Source: Candidatus Poseidoniaceae archaeon
Lineage (GTDB): Archaea > Thermoplasmatota > Poseidoniia > Poseidoniales > Poseidoniaceae
Length of the DNA stretch: 37,159 nt
Assembly: GCA_029250345.1 (NCBI GenBank)
Contig: JAQXFL010000033.1
Coordinates: forward strand, 1-37,159
Reading direction: 5' to 3'
Shown here: positions 9,001 through 16,748 of the stretch, piece by piece
How positions within the stretch are numbered: the stretch's first letter is position 1
Layout: each line of letters begins with the position of its first letter
The notes under the pieces: generated by a model
What the model was told of the DNA's origin: nothing
The model's database searches: none
The model's input: only the letters and a program-made list of their open reading frames with translations
Position numbers and translations under genes: made by a program

Positions 9001-9472
9001 TGACACCGCATGCGTTCGTGTAAAGGCCGACATAAGAGGAACTGGACACCGTCCAACCCTGTAGCCCGTTGTTGAAATCCCAGAGAGTGCCTGCGCGTGA
9101 ACCGGTCAAGAAGCCGTCAGCGTCAACAGTTGCACCATCATTGACTGCATCACTGTGACCCCATGCAGAAGTACCACTCCACACTAAGCCGTTTGATGAG
9201 GGCTCGATTCCGGGGGACATTGAGAGATGAACATCAGTCACAGGTTGGGATGAAGGGACGTCGAGCGTCAACTCATCACTGTAGAGGCCAGAGCCGTCTA
9301 AAAACAACTGTGAGGCTGGGTCACCACCGGATGCCAACGAAACCGAAGATTCTCTGAGTTCACCGGATGTATCCGTTTCTGCAGTAGATGCAAGAAATGT
9401 ACTCAGTGGCCCGGTCAACATCAAGAACAGTATGAGAAAACATAGCAATTTTAACCGATACCCTGCCGACAT
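3083..9472 (-). CDS. Giant (~2130 aa) membrane-anchored surface protein: signal peptide, reelin-like domain, nested Gly-rich repeat insert, beta-sandwich/CARDB-like domains, TM helix, acidic tail
   Basis: Uninterrupted 6.4-kb ORF. Hydrophobic N-terminus (LKLLCFLILFLML), VENTGTLDG CARDB-like motif, TM LLGSLAGLLFVSIITTGLLW followed by RRK, and a D/E-rich tail. Start 9472 preferred; 9478 is possible. Confidence 0.85.
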   Translation of the reverse strand: MSAGYRLKLLCFLILFLMLTGPLSTFLASTAETDTSGELRESSVSLASGGDPASQLFLDGSGLYSDELTLDVPSSQPVTDVHLSMSPGIEPSSNGLVWSGTSAWGHSDAVNDGATVDADGFLTGSRAGTLWDFNNGLQGWTVSSSSYVGLYTNACGVNGTSGGSIKTQAPSASSSEHATSPTINLAGANAVPIHIWIRQGTSSCGEEPDTNEDLQLRYKTASGTWTTLQTWSGSTFNQPPLQWTGTLPAAALHSNTQIRMLQTGGTGSTYDYWFFDDVRIASPPVSNWTSPSIGWSSSSSFQVAKTIYAPMNIDAYVPAGASLNWTVLDDNGVEIPGFTGSNTFTVPLHLIDESVHDSIRIRLSLSAGSDGILPLVYSLTGDGTMSTRYSDWQNLGNSESMCGANGQFTAYGSATTVDVLDPGWAYLASSSVATTSSHGTGLTVQTSPLPYILDEVDSLSSVTSVGSLYTNTSNGRATSGGNGTGLTVATVATPVTSGIVDGSSLSAGGTGYTSQTISPNGGSGSGLQIQTTATPITGSGAVSLYTSLNGGSGYTSSNDVALSGGNGSGLKIDYTASPIITGIPTSYSLLNGGTNYSTTSFAFTSGGSGSGLRVSIDSVSGGAITSISIISGGSGYGFYDKLYISGGDADAYFYTTGLTETGGGITSISFSTPGLNYDVGDTLNIPGGDSNANFTVLDTNRQGGTITGYTILNNASGYAVNDLITLSGGDFNARIEIDSVYALGGNLTSVSIVGRGSGYSVGDQITVSGGTGGMFTVQAVRNWGGELLSPLVQDGGQLYSIGDEVNVTGGAQNATVVVTGIDIDGYRGDSTCSVTMDSRQLVAPTSRVTGSVTGTNVELQMWDTTNASWTVVANMGAFDVSSSAPMYELQFRLVPLNSGLAYWTVESFETRVHYGEVASNPRFDFNDDGDFEWGADFSTIGTWGWQDVFSNGNKSISETVGSSGYATTKILVPLSELHSFSFGVTDADSSITGYTMLYQSQILASETINETSLMHVELNQTTRDNIEQSIAGQGGLNHLGTRFVEVDIEVYASSTVDFSGLSVTYSAQASQTFESDSTFVLNLNDARKLLPLVGGMHEIPLPLTSTQKGGLTVEVLGLNSSAVVVLNTATIDPEVDVLTPSQRWRTISMSYSVIGVAPSSIRLDVLDDDHQATWTVPVSGATPFGTGDFELIELHPTESISFNQTGTSVLVDVKFRILPLWDDTDTMKITTRLQLSNTVYSMPSTFTYGVFGNQAYENDLTLNIMTFTNADENLILGSSDYYLLPYTKLNISAFVGFENVSTIDAFMDGEGMLSLYRGDVLVANTTTLDENTWNYQDTVPFTFGPLTWRIELTSENGSVHPDFTSLERTFHIDTISPRVLEVNMDRYDHRMPSTTQTVQIQISDQPILPTNIQAMVWREWFDDANSNQWPDEGEYQPMSLFTPNDLSPLIGQYTFMMDDTGGSLGQKVSVYLTGTDDAGHPLEFGGSDVVDKHLFMYQLAVDGAPSVAPNAYSYTDGKNPWLHPQMPYTLDVDITEPNGGSDLTTVIVELASNQGSDPLPIRWDFTTGNCTTTSPHVLIEDCQMLGADGPADPYETDLTLNVDFKLAWTTPDLGETRREPGIRMIDRAGQEVFRAFPEHRWRFSAALEVPEETVTLILSQGALLGDGARIAPSSPFEIAGNVVFSETGTVPDFDCQIDLLFSGSTSSANSLDGVWSVALQAPSTTQTIPLTWKVGCLEGQGIDSTDLNNAVRWIIVDGTGPQPVEVSNPRPFSVLEPESHEVKILMSEAGGLDVDSLELVWWVEEKATGDRLRNGVEPLNLLGTDLSGLRLEVVGSFDLSEITDEMLENRLSVHMYVAGRDLAGNEVLGLDGAEPGSPVAVWDMVWLKPEFELQSTSITYSRYLVELGQTSIVTAYVENTGTLDGSVEVIFTEVQATGERSNLQRVTVEVPLGGIVPVATDWNPTQTGLQWVEVQIVDDTGAIGPSIDVRPTREVSFSEQIFGDVHPLLGSLAGLLFVSIITTGLLWARRKTLNRGSKSEYDWDEYSSEFEYEDEDEEEEAEEVAVDDTGSESVATAAAATGAVSEDTPSSNTEETDWVMGSDGYWWYHDKEANEWWYKNAEGEIVQHK
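7001..8239 (-). repeat. Intragenic protein-level repeat array: 5 x type A (~42 aa) followed by 5 x type B (~41 aa)
   Basis: Type A: GxxY...(GG)xG[ST]GLx[VI]. Type B: GGx[IL]TS..GSGY.VGD...SGG...A.F.V. The A/B junction is at 7612/7613. Confidence 0.85.
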
Positions 9473-9496
9473 CAACATTCCGTAGCGGTCTAACGA

Positions 9497-9502
9497 TTTG
9501 AA
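9497..9502 (-). promoter_or_regulatory. Putative TATA-position hexamer TTCAAA
   Basis: Begins 30 nt upstream of ATG 9472. Confidence 0.5.
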
Positions 9503-9584
9503 ACATACCCAAGCCCAATCCGGAGCCACTGCTGCGAATCAGTGGAAAAGGAAACTCCTCATGCCACCTTTGAGAAGGGTGAGG

Positions 9585-9590
9585 TTCAAG
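9585..9590 (+). promoter_or_regulatory. Putative TATA-position hexamer TTCAAG
   Basis: Begins 29 nt upstream of ATG 9614. Confidence 0.5.
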
Positions 9591-9613
9591 ACAAAAAGGC
9601 TTCTCGCATGGCT

Positions 9614-12600
9614 ATGGCACGTCCTCATTCGGCAGGTGAACTCGATGCTGTTGCACTCGAGACTGCGTTATTGGAAACATGGAAGCAAGAAAATGCATTC
9701 CGTGCTTCAATCGATTCCAACGGCAACGGGGCACCTTTCATCTTCCTCGAAGGACCTCCGACGGCAAACGGAAAACCCGGCATCCACCACGTCGTCGCAC
9801 GAGCGTACAAAGACCTTGTATGCCGGTGGAAGACAATGGAAGGCTTCCGTGTCGAACGAAAAGGAGGCTGGGACACTCACGGATTGCCCGTGGAAATCGA
9901 AGTTCAGAAGCGTATGGACTTGATGTCGAATGAAGCAATCGAAGCCTATGGAATGGACAACTTCAACCAAGCTTGTCGTGATTCCGTTTGGACCTATGAA
10001 TCGGCATGGAGAGAAATGACTGAGCGAATGGCCTACTGGGTCGACCTCGACAATCCCTATGTTACACTCGACAATAATTACGTTGAATCCTGTTGGTGGG
10101 CCATGAAGCAAATGTTCGACAAAGGCCTGTTGTACAGAGGACACAAAGTCCTACCGTATTGCCCACAGACCGGCACTTCGTACTCGAGCCACGAAGTCGC
10201 ACTCGGATACAAGGAAGTCGAGGAGCCTTCCGTTTATGTGAAATTCAAACTCATCGATGATGATGCAAGTATCCTTGCTTGGACAACAACGCCGTGGACA
10301 CTACCCGGTAACGTCGGCTTAGCGGTTGGACCTGAAGTCACCTATGTCCGAGTTCGCATCACTGAACAAGCAGAAAACTGGATTGGTGCAGGAGGCGCAT
10401 CCGATGGTGAAGAAGTGATACTGGCAAAGGATTTGATGAAGGATGTTCTTCGTCACAACGTAGAAATTATCGAGGAATTCCCTGGTTCATCTCTGGTAGG
10501 TCGTTCCTATGAACCGCTGTTCCCAGATGCCGTTCCTCGAGGCGAGTCCACTACTGCATGGACCGTTCTTGAAGCCGATTGGGTCACGACCACCGATGGT
10601 ACTGGTGTTGTTCACACCGCTGTCATGTACGGTGAGGACGACTACAACCTCGGAATGGCTGCTGGTCTTCCCGCTTACCACACCGTTGGCATGGACGGTG
10701 CGTTCCTCGCTGGAACGCATCCGCAACTCGACGGACGATACGTCAAAGAATGCGATCAAACGGTCATTGAACTGCTTTCTGCCAAAGGCGGAAGCAACGG
10801 CAAAGGCCCTGAGAGCGGACTGTTGTACAGAGAGAAATCCTACCTCCACGATTATCCACACTGTTGGAGAACAGACCACCCGTTGCTCTACTATGCAATG
10901 GACTCATGGTTCGTTCGCATGACTGCAGTCAAGGAGCGGTTGTTGGAGTTCAACGACGGCGTCGAATGGGCACCTGAATGGGTCGGCGAGGGTCGATTTG
11001 GTGAATGGCTGCGCAACGTCAAAGATTGGGCCATCTCCCGTGAACGCTACTGGGGCACACCACTGCCTGTTTGGCGAGACGATGAAGGCAACATGAAGTG
11101 CATAGGGTCCATTGCAGAACTTCAGAGTGAAGTGGCAAAAGCAGTTGCTGCAGGCTTTGAAAACCCCGAATGTCCTGATGATGTTGACTTGCATCGCCCA
11201 GTCGTCGATGGGTACACGCTTGTTTCTGATGACGGGAAACCAATGCACAGAGAACCTTTTGTCATGGACTGCTGGTTTGATTCTGGCTGTGCACCTTTTG
11301 CTCAATGGCATCATCCGTTTGAAGGAAAGGAAACATTCGATGCTTCGTTCCCAGTCGATTACATCTGCGAAGGAGTCGACCAAACCCGCGGATGGTTCTA
11401 CACGCTGCTTGCCGTTTCGACGACCGTGTTTGACCAACCTGCATACAAGCGCTGTTTGAGCCTCGGTTTGATTCTTGATGCTGAAGGCAAGAAAATGTCG
11501 AAATCTCGTGGCAATATTGTTGACCCATGGGACCATTTCAACCGTGAAGGTGCTGATGCTACACGCTGGTACATGGTCACAGCAGGAGCACCATGGAACC
11601 CTCTAAAGTTTGATTCGAACGGGGTTCGTGAGACCTATGCAAAGATGTTCTTGACGCTATGGAACGTCTACAAGTTCCATGCCGATTATGCCGCTCTTGA
11701 CGGATTTGATCCCGAGCAATCAACATCTGATGTGGCATCTCGCTCGTCGCTCGACCGATGGATTCTCTCCCGCTTGGCGACCACTGCGAACAACTACCAC
11801 GCTGACTTCAAGCAGTGGAACTTCCACAAGGCATGCCGTGACCTTGAAGAATTCATCGTCAACGATGTGTCGAATTGGTACGTTCGACGAAGCCGTCGCA
11901 GATTATGGGACGATGCGGAAACCAGTGACAAAGTCGCTTGTCAGCACACGCTTCACGAGATACTCACCACCGTTTGCCGATTGGTCGCCCCTGTGAGCCC
12001 TTTCATGGTCGATGTCATCCACCGTAACTTGACCGGGAAAACGGTACATCAAGCAGCATGGCCACTTGGCATCCCTGGCTCTTTGGACGGCGCTACTGCC
12101 GATGAATGGGATGAAGAGGCCGCTGCTGAAACTGCAAACTTGCCACCACAAGACATGTCGCTCGAGGCAACAATGGCTCTGGTTCGAGAACTTGCTGAAG
12201 TAGGTCGGCGCATCCGTGTTGAGGCCGGCCGACGCCAACGCCTTCCTTGTGCTCAAGGCTGGATTGTTTCCGGCCCCGACATGGCAGAATTCCACGATAT
12301 CTTAGCCGAAGAACTCAACGTCGAATTAATTGAAGTTGAAAATGACCTTGACCGATTCCAACAAATTGAATTGGCACCCAATTTCCGAGCATTAGCTCCG
12401 AAAGCACGCAGTGAAGTCAACGCTGTAGCCGGTGAAATCAAGAACGCTGGAGACCCAACGGCGATGCTAGCATCCATTCAGGCTGGGACCTGTGAAATCC
12501 TCGGCGTTGCTATCGAAGAAAGCGATGTCGAAGTGCGACGTATCGAGCGAGAAGGTTTTGCAGCCTCAACCGTAACCATTGGCCAAGGCGATGATGCACA

Positions 12601-12901
12601 ACAAATCAGTTTGGTTCTCGACATGAACGACACTCCAGACTTGTTGTCAAAGGGCCTTGCCCGAGACATCACTCGTCGCATACAAGCGATGAGGAAAGAC
12701 CTCAACCTCGCTATTGAAGCAACGATTGATTTGGAAATCTGGACCAAAGATGCTCCCGAAATGTTCGAACAAGACCGGCAATGGATTGTCACTGAAACAC
12801 GTGCTGCTGCTGCTGTATTCCATTCTGAGTCGAGCGGTGCTCCATCAAATGCAGAACACTTTGAAGTGGACGGGACAACCGTTTGGTTCACCGTTCAATG
12901 A
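9614..12901 (+). CDS. ileS: Isoleucine--tRNA ligase (type 2)
   Basis: EGPPTANG.PGIHH, GWDTHGLPVE, WTTTPWTLP, GTGVVH, DWAISRERYWG, EGVDQTRGWF, KMSKS, SNWYVRRSRRR. Alternative starts are 9608 or 9542. Confidence 0.97.
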   Translation: MARPHSAGELDAVALETALLETWKQENAFRASIDSNGNGAPFIFLEGPPTANGKPGIHHVVARAYKDLVCRWKTMEGFRVERKGGWDTHGLPVEIEVQKRMDLMSNEAIEAYGMDNFNQACRDSVWTYESAWREMTERMAYWVDLDNPYVTLDNNYVESCWWAMKQMFDKGLLYRGHKVLPYCPQTGTSYSSHEVALGYKEVEEPSVYVKFKLIDDDASILAWTTTPWTLPGNVGLAVGPEVTYVRVRITEQAENWIGAGGASDGEEVILAKDLMKDVLRHNVEIIEEFPGSSLVGRSYEPLFPDAVPRGESTTAWTVLEADWVTTTDGTGVVHTAVMYGEDDYNLGMAAGLPAYHTVGMDGAFLAGTHPQLDGRYVKECDQTVIELLSAKGGSNGKGPESGLLYREKSYLHDYPHCWRTDHPLLYYAMDSWFVRMTAVKERLLEFNDGVEWAPEWVGEGRFGEWLRNVKDWAISRERYWGTPLPVWRDDEGNMKCIGSIAELQSEVAKAVAAGFENPECPDDVDLHRPVVDGYTLVSDDGKPMHREPFVMDCWFDSGCAPFAQWHHPFEGKETFDASFPVDYICEGVDQTRGWFYTLLAVSTTVFDQPAYKRCLSLGLILDAEGKKMSKSRGNIVDPWDHFNREGADATRWYMVTAGAPWNPLKFDSNGVRETYAKMFLTLWNVYKFHADYAALDGFDPEQSTSDVASRSSLDRWILSRLATTANNYHADFKQWNFHKACRDLEEFIVNDVSNWYVRRSRRRLWDDAETSDKVACQHTLHEILTTVCRLVAPVSPFMVDVIHRNLTGKTVHQAAWPLGIPGSLDGATADEWDEEAAAETANLPPQDMSLEATMALVRELAEVGRRIRVEAGRRQRLPCAQGWIVSGPDMAEFHDILAEELNVELIEVENDLDRFQQIELAPNFRALAPKARSEVNAVAGEIKNAGDPTAMLASIQAGTCEILGVAIEESDVEVRRIEREGFAASTVTIGQGDDAQQISLVLDMNDTPDLLSKGLARDITRRIQAMRKDLNLAIEATIDLEIWTKDAPEMFEQDRQWIVTETRAAAAVFHSESSGAPSNAEHFEVDGTTVWFTVQ

Positions 12902-12934
12902 TGCTCAACTGTGCTTTAACACCTCATCGACGGC

Positions 12935-12940
12935 TTCAAA
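12935..12940 (+). promoter_or_regulatory. Putative TATA-position hexamer TTCAAA
   Basis: Begins 29 nt upstream of ATG 12964. Confidence 0.5.
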
Positions 12941-12963
12941 GCGATGTGCCGATACGCAACATC

Positions 12964-14370
12964 ATGCGAAGAGTCTTGCTCTCTGTCCTATTGGTTGCCT
13001 CAACGGTCTTGGCTGGCTGTTTTGGCGGTGGTGAAGAGATCATAGACAACGAGTCGGAAATGACCTCGATTTGGGAGTCTTACCAACTCATCGACAGCGT
13101 GGCCCATGAAGATGCACGCATGTTCGTCACCGTCGATTTGAGAACCAATGAGACCACCAACACCTCATGGGCTGTTTTCGATGCTTCGAAAGGCGGCAAC
13201 TGCTGTGAACACTACCTTGCCACGACCATCGAAGGACAAATACTCAACATTGGTGGAGAATATCCGGTCTTCAGTGAAGACCGTGGCCACACATGGGACA
13301 CATACATTCCAGGCGTCTTACCCGCACTCGGCCAATGCGTCACTGCAGTCCCAACGAACCCAGGACAAGAAGGTCTCGGAGAAGGCAGTATCGTCCAAGC
13401 CACCAATGGAGACATCATCTCCATGTCGTGGTTCCCGTACGTTGGTGCAGATGGGAAAATCGACAAATTCTATGCCATCCTCTATGACGAGTCCGAAGAC
13501 GAATGGAAGTGGTGCTACAACCGCTTGACTGAACCGTTTTACGACCGCTCATGGCAGGTTGAGGTCGTAGGCCCGATTACATCCTCTATTGGCAACGGCG
13601 ATTGGGCAAGCATCGTAGTCTCCAATTTCTGGCATCAATCGCTTGATGCTGGAGGCCAGATAAGCGTCGATGGACTCAATTACGTACCATTCCAGTTCAC
13701 GAGCAGAGATTCAAATGACCCGATTATCGAGCTCGACCTTAATTTCACAGAAGAAGGATTGTCGTCCTACTACGATGTCAATAAACCTCACAAAGAAATG
13801 CGAGCATTCCCAATGCCAAGCGGTGGCCTCATTTTCCCGAATTATTACAACAACGGTAACGCCGCCTACATGGATACCACCTTGTCTTGGAATGAATTAG
13901 AAGTTCAGTTCCCTTCGGAATACTGCCACTTTGACTCCGCAGGAACCTTGCATTGTGTTGTCAACTCCGGTACTTCCTTCACGCACTACATGTCCACCGA
14001 CGGTGCACTGACATGGCAAAACCACACCTACGACATGAGTTCGGTATCATCGTCCATTGAAGAATGGGAATTCCAAGCCAACGGTGAATTGGACCTGTTC
14101 GTGTTGAATGTACGTTACCAAAGCACCGGTGGACCAGATATTGACATGATGTACCATGTACGTGGATATTCTGAAGATATGTCTCCAGATTCCATGACCT
14201 ACATTGGTCAAGGTGACCTTGACTCTACCTCGGGGGCTGGAAACGATATCCGTTTCGACTTTGCTTCGCTCGGCATCCTCAACGACGGTGGAGTCGTCGT
14301 GGCATACCATGATTCAACCGACCCCGACCCGTTGTTTGCGGTCGAACTGGAATTACCGTACACTTCATGA
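12964..14370 (+). CDS. Lipoprotein with Asp-box/BNR motifs (probable beta-propeller), function unknown
   Basis: Signal peptide with lipobox (MRRVLLSVLLVASTVLAGC); Asp-boxes SEDRGHTW and STDGALTW. Confidence 0.75.
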   Translation: MRRVLLSVLLVASTVLAGCFGGGEEIIDNESEMTSIWESYQLIDSVAHEDARMFVTVDLRTNETTNTSWAVFDASKGGNCCEHYLATTIEGQILNIGGEYPVFSEDRGHTWDTYIPGVLPALGQCVTAVPTNPGQEGLGEGSIVQATNGDIISMSWFPYVGADGKIDKFYAILYDESEDEWKWCYNRLTEPFYDRSWQVEVVGPITSSIGNGDWASIVVSNFWHQSLDAGGQISVDGLNYVPFQFTSRDSNDPIIELDLNFTEEGLSSYYDVNKPHKEMRAFPMPSGGLIFPNYYNNGNAAYMDTTLSWNELEVQFPSEYCHFDSAGTLHCVVNSGTSFTHYMSTDGALTWQNHTYDMSSVSSSIEEWEFQANGELDLFVLNVRYQSTGGPDIDMMYHVRGYSEDMSPDSMTYIGQGDLDSTSGAGNDIRFDFASLGILNDGGVVVAYHDSTDPDPLFAVELELPYTS

Positions 14371-14420
14371 ACACATGATTCATACGGAAACAACTTGTAC
14401 TACAACCCTCATTTACCGTC

Positions 14421-14729
14421 ATGATTGAAGCGGTCGACCTCGGTAATTCTGCCCTGCAAGGACTCGTGTTGGGGGTTCTTGCCGCCTTTCTTTTCAAAAT
14501 TGCAAGCACCGCTGTTAAGTTCTTTTTTGTCACGCAATTTATACTTCTAAAATGGCTTGAAGTACGAGGCATTGTCATCGTTGATTGGCATCGACTTACG
14601 AACGGATTACTGGAAGAAACCAATTTGATTCAACAAGCAGATTCAATGCTAAATGCTCTCTTGGAAACCAGTTCCTTCGGGTTAACTGCAGTCGCGGGAT
14701 TCTATGTCACTCGGCGTTTCATCAAGTGA
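14421..14729 (+). CDS. FUN14-family small membrane protein
   Basis: 102 aa, hydrophobic, with GLVLG...FK, L...GIVIVDW and a C-terminal GF motif typical of FUN14. Confidence 0.7.
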   Translation: MIEAVDLGNSALQGLVLGVLAAFLFKIASTAVKFFFVTQFILLKWLEVRGIVIVDWHRLTNGLLEETNLIQQADSMLNALLETSSFGLTAVAGFYVTRRFIK

Positions 14730-14736
14730 GGTAGAT

Positions 14737-16617
14737 TCATTCAACGCTGACACAGCGTTCATGAAGGCATTCTGGCGGAGTAAAATAGATTTTATCGGCA
14801 GGTACGAATGTATCCATTTGGAGCGTCGAAGATTCTCCTTCTTGGACAAACACAACAGATGAGGTACTTGCTGGCAAGTAATCTTCACCCGTTGAAAGTA
14901 AACTCAATCGAAGCGTATGGCCTTCAAGAATTTCCGCATCGAGAGGCATGAACTCCATCTTCGCATTGATCGTTTCAACAACAGGCGTCCATGATTGAAT
15001 ATCGTCGCCGCCTGCATGGTATCGCAAATCCATAATGGCATGACCGATGTGAATGCAGTTATCCGAATCATCACATTCTTCGAGCAGCGCATACAGTTGT
15101 CCCCCGACGGATGCAGTGGTAACATCAACGTGCAGTCGAGGTGTGCCTGCAACATACATGGTTTCTGAAAGTGGAGCAGATTGCCAAACCGGTCCAGTGT
15201 TCGCATCGGGGAATACAGTCGTCCCGCCTCCTACGCTCTCCATTGAACCGCCTAAATCGAAGGTGATTTCGACCGTGTCGCTTGGAGGATACCTGTCCTC
15301 GAGTCTCCATGAGCCTTGGTTGGACTGAATCTCGATGTAAAGGCCCGGTTGTTCACCGACATCTCGCAAATAGAAATCAAACCATTCGAGTAAATCTTGC
15401 ATCCAGTCATAGCGAATCATTTCGGGGAACGCTTCACCACCACGGCCACCTAAGTCCGATCGGTCATCCAACTGAACTGGGCGGTCTGGATAGTCGTGGT
15501 CCCACTGGCCAAACAACCCCTTTGCATCGATTCCAGCGTCTTTGAGTGCATTCATCGTCGGCACCGCCATGTGCGGGTCAACGTTCCAATCATGCATACC
15601 TTGGATCAGGTAAACACTGCCTTGGTAATTGTCCAAGACCCGTTCAAGGAAGTATCGTTCAGCCCAGTAATCACCGGCCACTTCCGAGCCGAACATGTAC
15701 GCAGTAACGCCTGTACCTGGGCCGATGATGTAATCCGGACAGAGGTTTTGATAATCCTCTTCATCGCCATCCAACCCGTAAGAACCGTAAACGCCATTAT
15801 GCATAATCGGAGCTCTCGCTTCGGAAGAACCGTTGCGCCACATCAATTCCTTGACACCAATCAATCCAGAAATTGGTACAATGGTCTTGAGATAATCGTG
15901 CTCAGCACCGAACATAGCTGCTTGCCAAGGTGTACTTCCATCGTATGATTTTCCAATCATTCCGACAGCGCCGTTCGACCAATTTTGCTCTGCGAGCCAT
16001 CGCACTGCAGCATCGTTACCAAGTTGCTCAGCATTACCCATCAAATCCATGCAGTGGTTCGAGCGTCCAGTTCCGGAAACTGAGACTTGTGCGAATGCAA
16101 AACCGTGCGGAAGAATTTGGTCGATAATCATCTGACCAAGCCAAGTGCCCGGGACTTCGATGCTTGGTGTCTCAACCGATGCTTCCTGGAAATAAGGTCC
16201 AAATTCTGCAATAACTGGTACTTGAACGCCATCAGGAACATTTGGTCGCCAAACAGCGAGACTGATGACGGCATCATCAGGAGCGGCTCCACCTTCTTCA
16301 ATCGGAAGGGCGTACTCAACAAAATGGTGCGTAGAACTCCATTCATTTTCGGTTGGTAGCAATTCATACGGCCCAACTTCAAGGGCAACCCCGAACTCGC
16401 CATCGGTTTGGTAAGGCAAGGTGTTTCGTTCCCAAACCGGAACACGAAGCGCAGAAAGTTGGTCATCATCTTCGACGATTTCGATAATCGCACCACTGTA
16501 TACTGCAGAAACAAAAAGGAAGACCAAAGAAACGGCAACGGTAGAACTCAACACGATGTTGAACTCAAGCATCGAGCGACCATGATCATCTGAACCGTCT
16601 TGATTCAACTCCTTCAC
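14737..16617 (-). CDS. CocE/NonD family hydrolase (X-Pro dipeptidyl-peptidase S15-like), N-terminal membrane anchor
   Basis: [23 protein letters not shown] (nucleophile Ser), QGMHDWNV, GQWDH and a C-terminal PepX_C-like domain; GTG start. Confidence 0.88.
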   Translation of the reverse strand: MKELNQDGSDDHGRSMLEFNIVLSSTVAVSLVFLFVSAVYSGAIIEIVEDDDQLSALRVPVWERNTLPYQTDGEFGVALEVGPYELLPTENEWSSTHHFVEYALPIEEGGAAPDDAVISLAVWRPNVPDGVQVPVIAEFGPYFQEASVETPSIEVPGTWLGQMIIDQILPHGFAFAQVSVSGTGRSNHCMDLMGNAEQLGNDAAVRWLAEQNWSNGAVGMIGKSYDGSTPWQAAMFGAEHDYLKTIVPISGLIGVKELMWRNGSSEARAPIMHNGVYGSYGLDGDEEDYQNLCPDYIIGPGTGVTAYMFGSEVAGDYWAERYFLERVLDNYQGSVYLIQGMHDWNVDPHMAVPTMNALKDAGIDAKGLFGQWDHDYPDRPVQLDDRSDLGGRGGEAFPEMIRYDWMQDLLEWFDFYLRDVGEQPGLYIEIQSNQGSWRLEDRYPPSDTVEITFDLGGSMESVGGGTTVFPDANTGPVWQSAPLSETMYVAGTPRLHVDVTTASVGGQLYALLEECDDSDNCIHIGHAIMDLRYHAGGDDIQSWTPVVETINAKMEFMPLDAEILEGHTLRLSLLSTGEDYLPASTSSVVFVQEGESSTLQMDTFVPADKIYFTPPECLHERCVSVE

Positions 16618-16641
16618 CGGTTCTTCCTGCGCCCAGTATCT

Positions 16642-16647
16642 TTTGAG
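16642..16647 (-). promoter_or_regulatory. Putative TATA-position hexamer CTCAAA
   Basis: Begins 30 nt upstream of GTG 16617. Confidence 0.5.
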
Positions 16648-16718
16648 GTTAACGAGCAGTTGGCCAGCGGCGACTGGTGTTCAAAATTCGATGATATTGA
16701 TGACGTTTGAACAATATC

Positions 16719-16724
16719 CTCAAA
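16719..16724 (+). promoter_or_regulatory. Putative TATA-position hexamer CTCAAA
   Basis: Begins 30 nt upstream of ATG 16749. Confidence 0.5.
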
Positions 16725-16748
16725 AGCCCTTGACAAACGATGTTGCAC

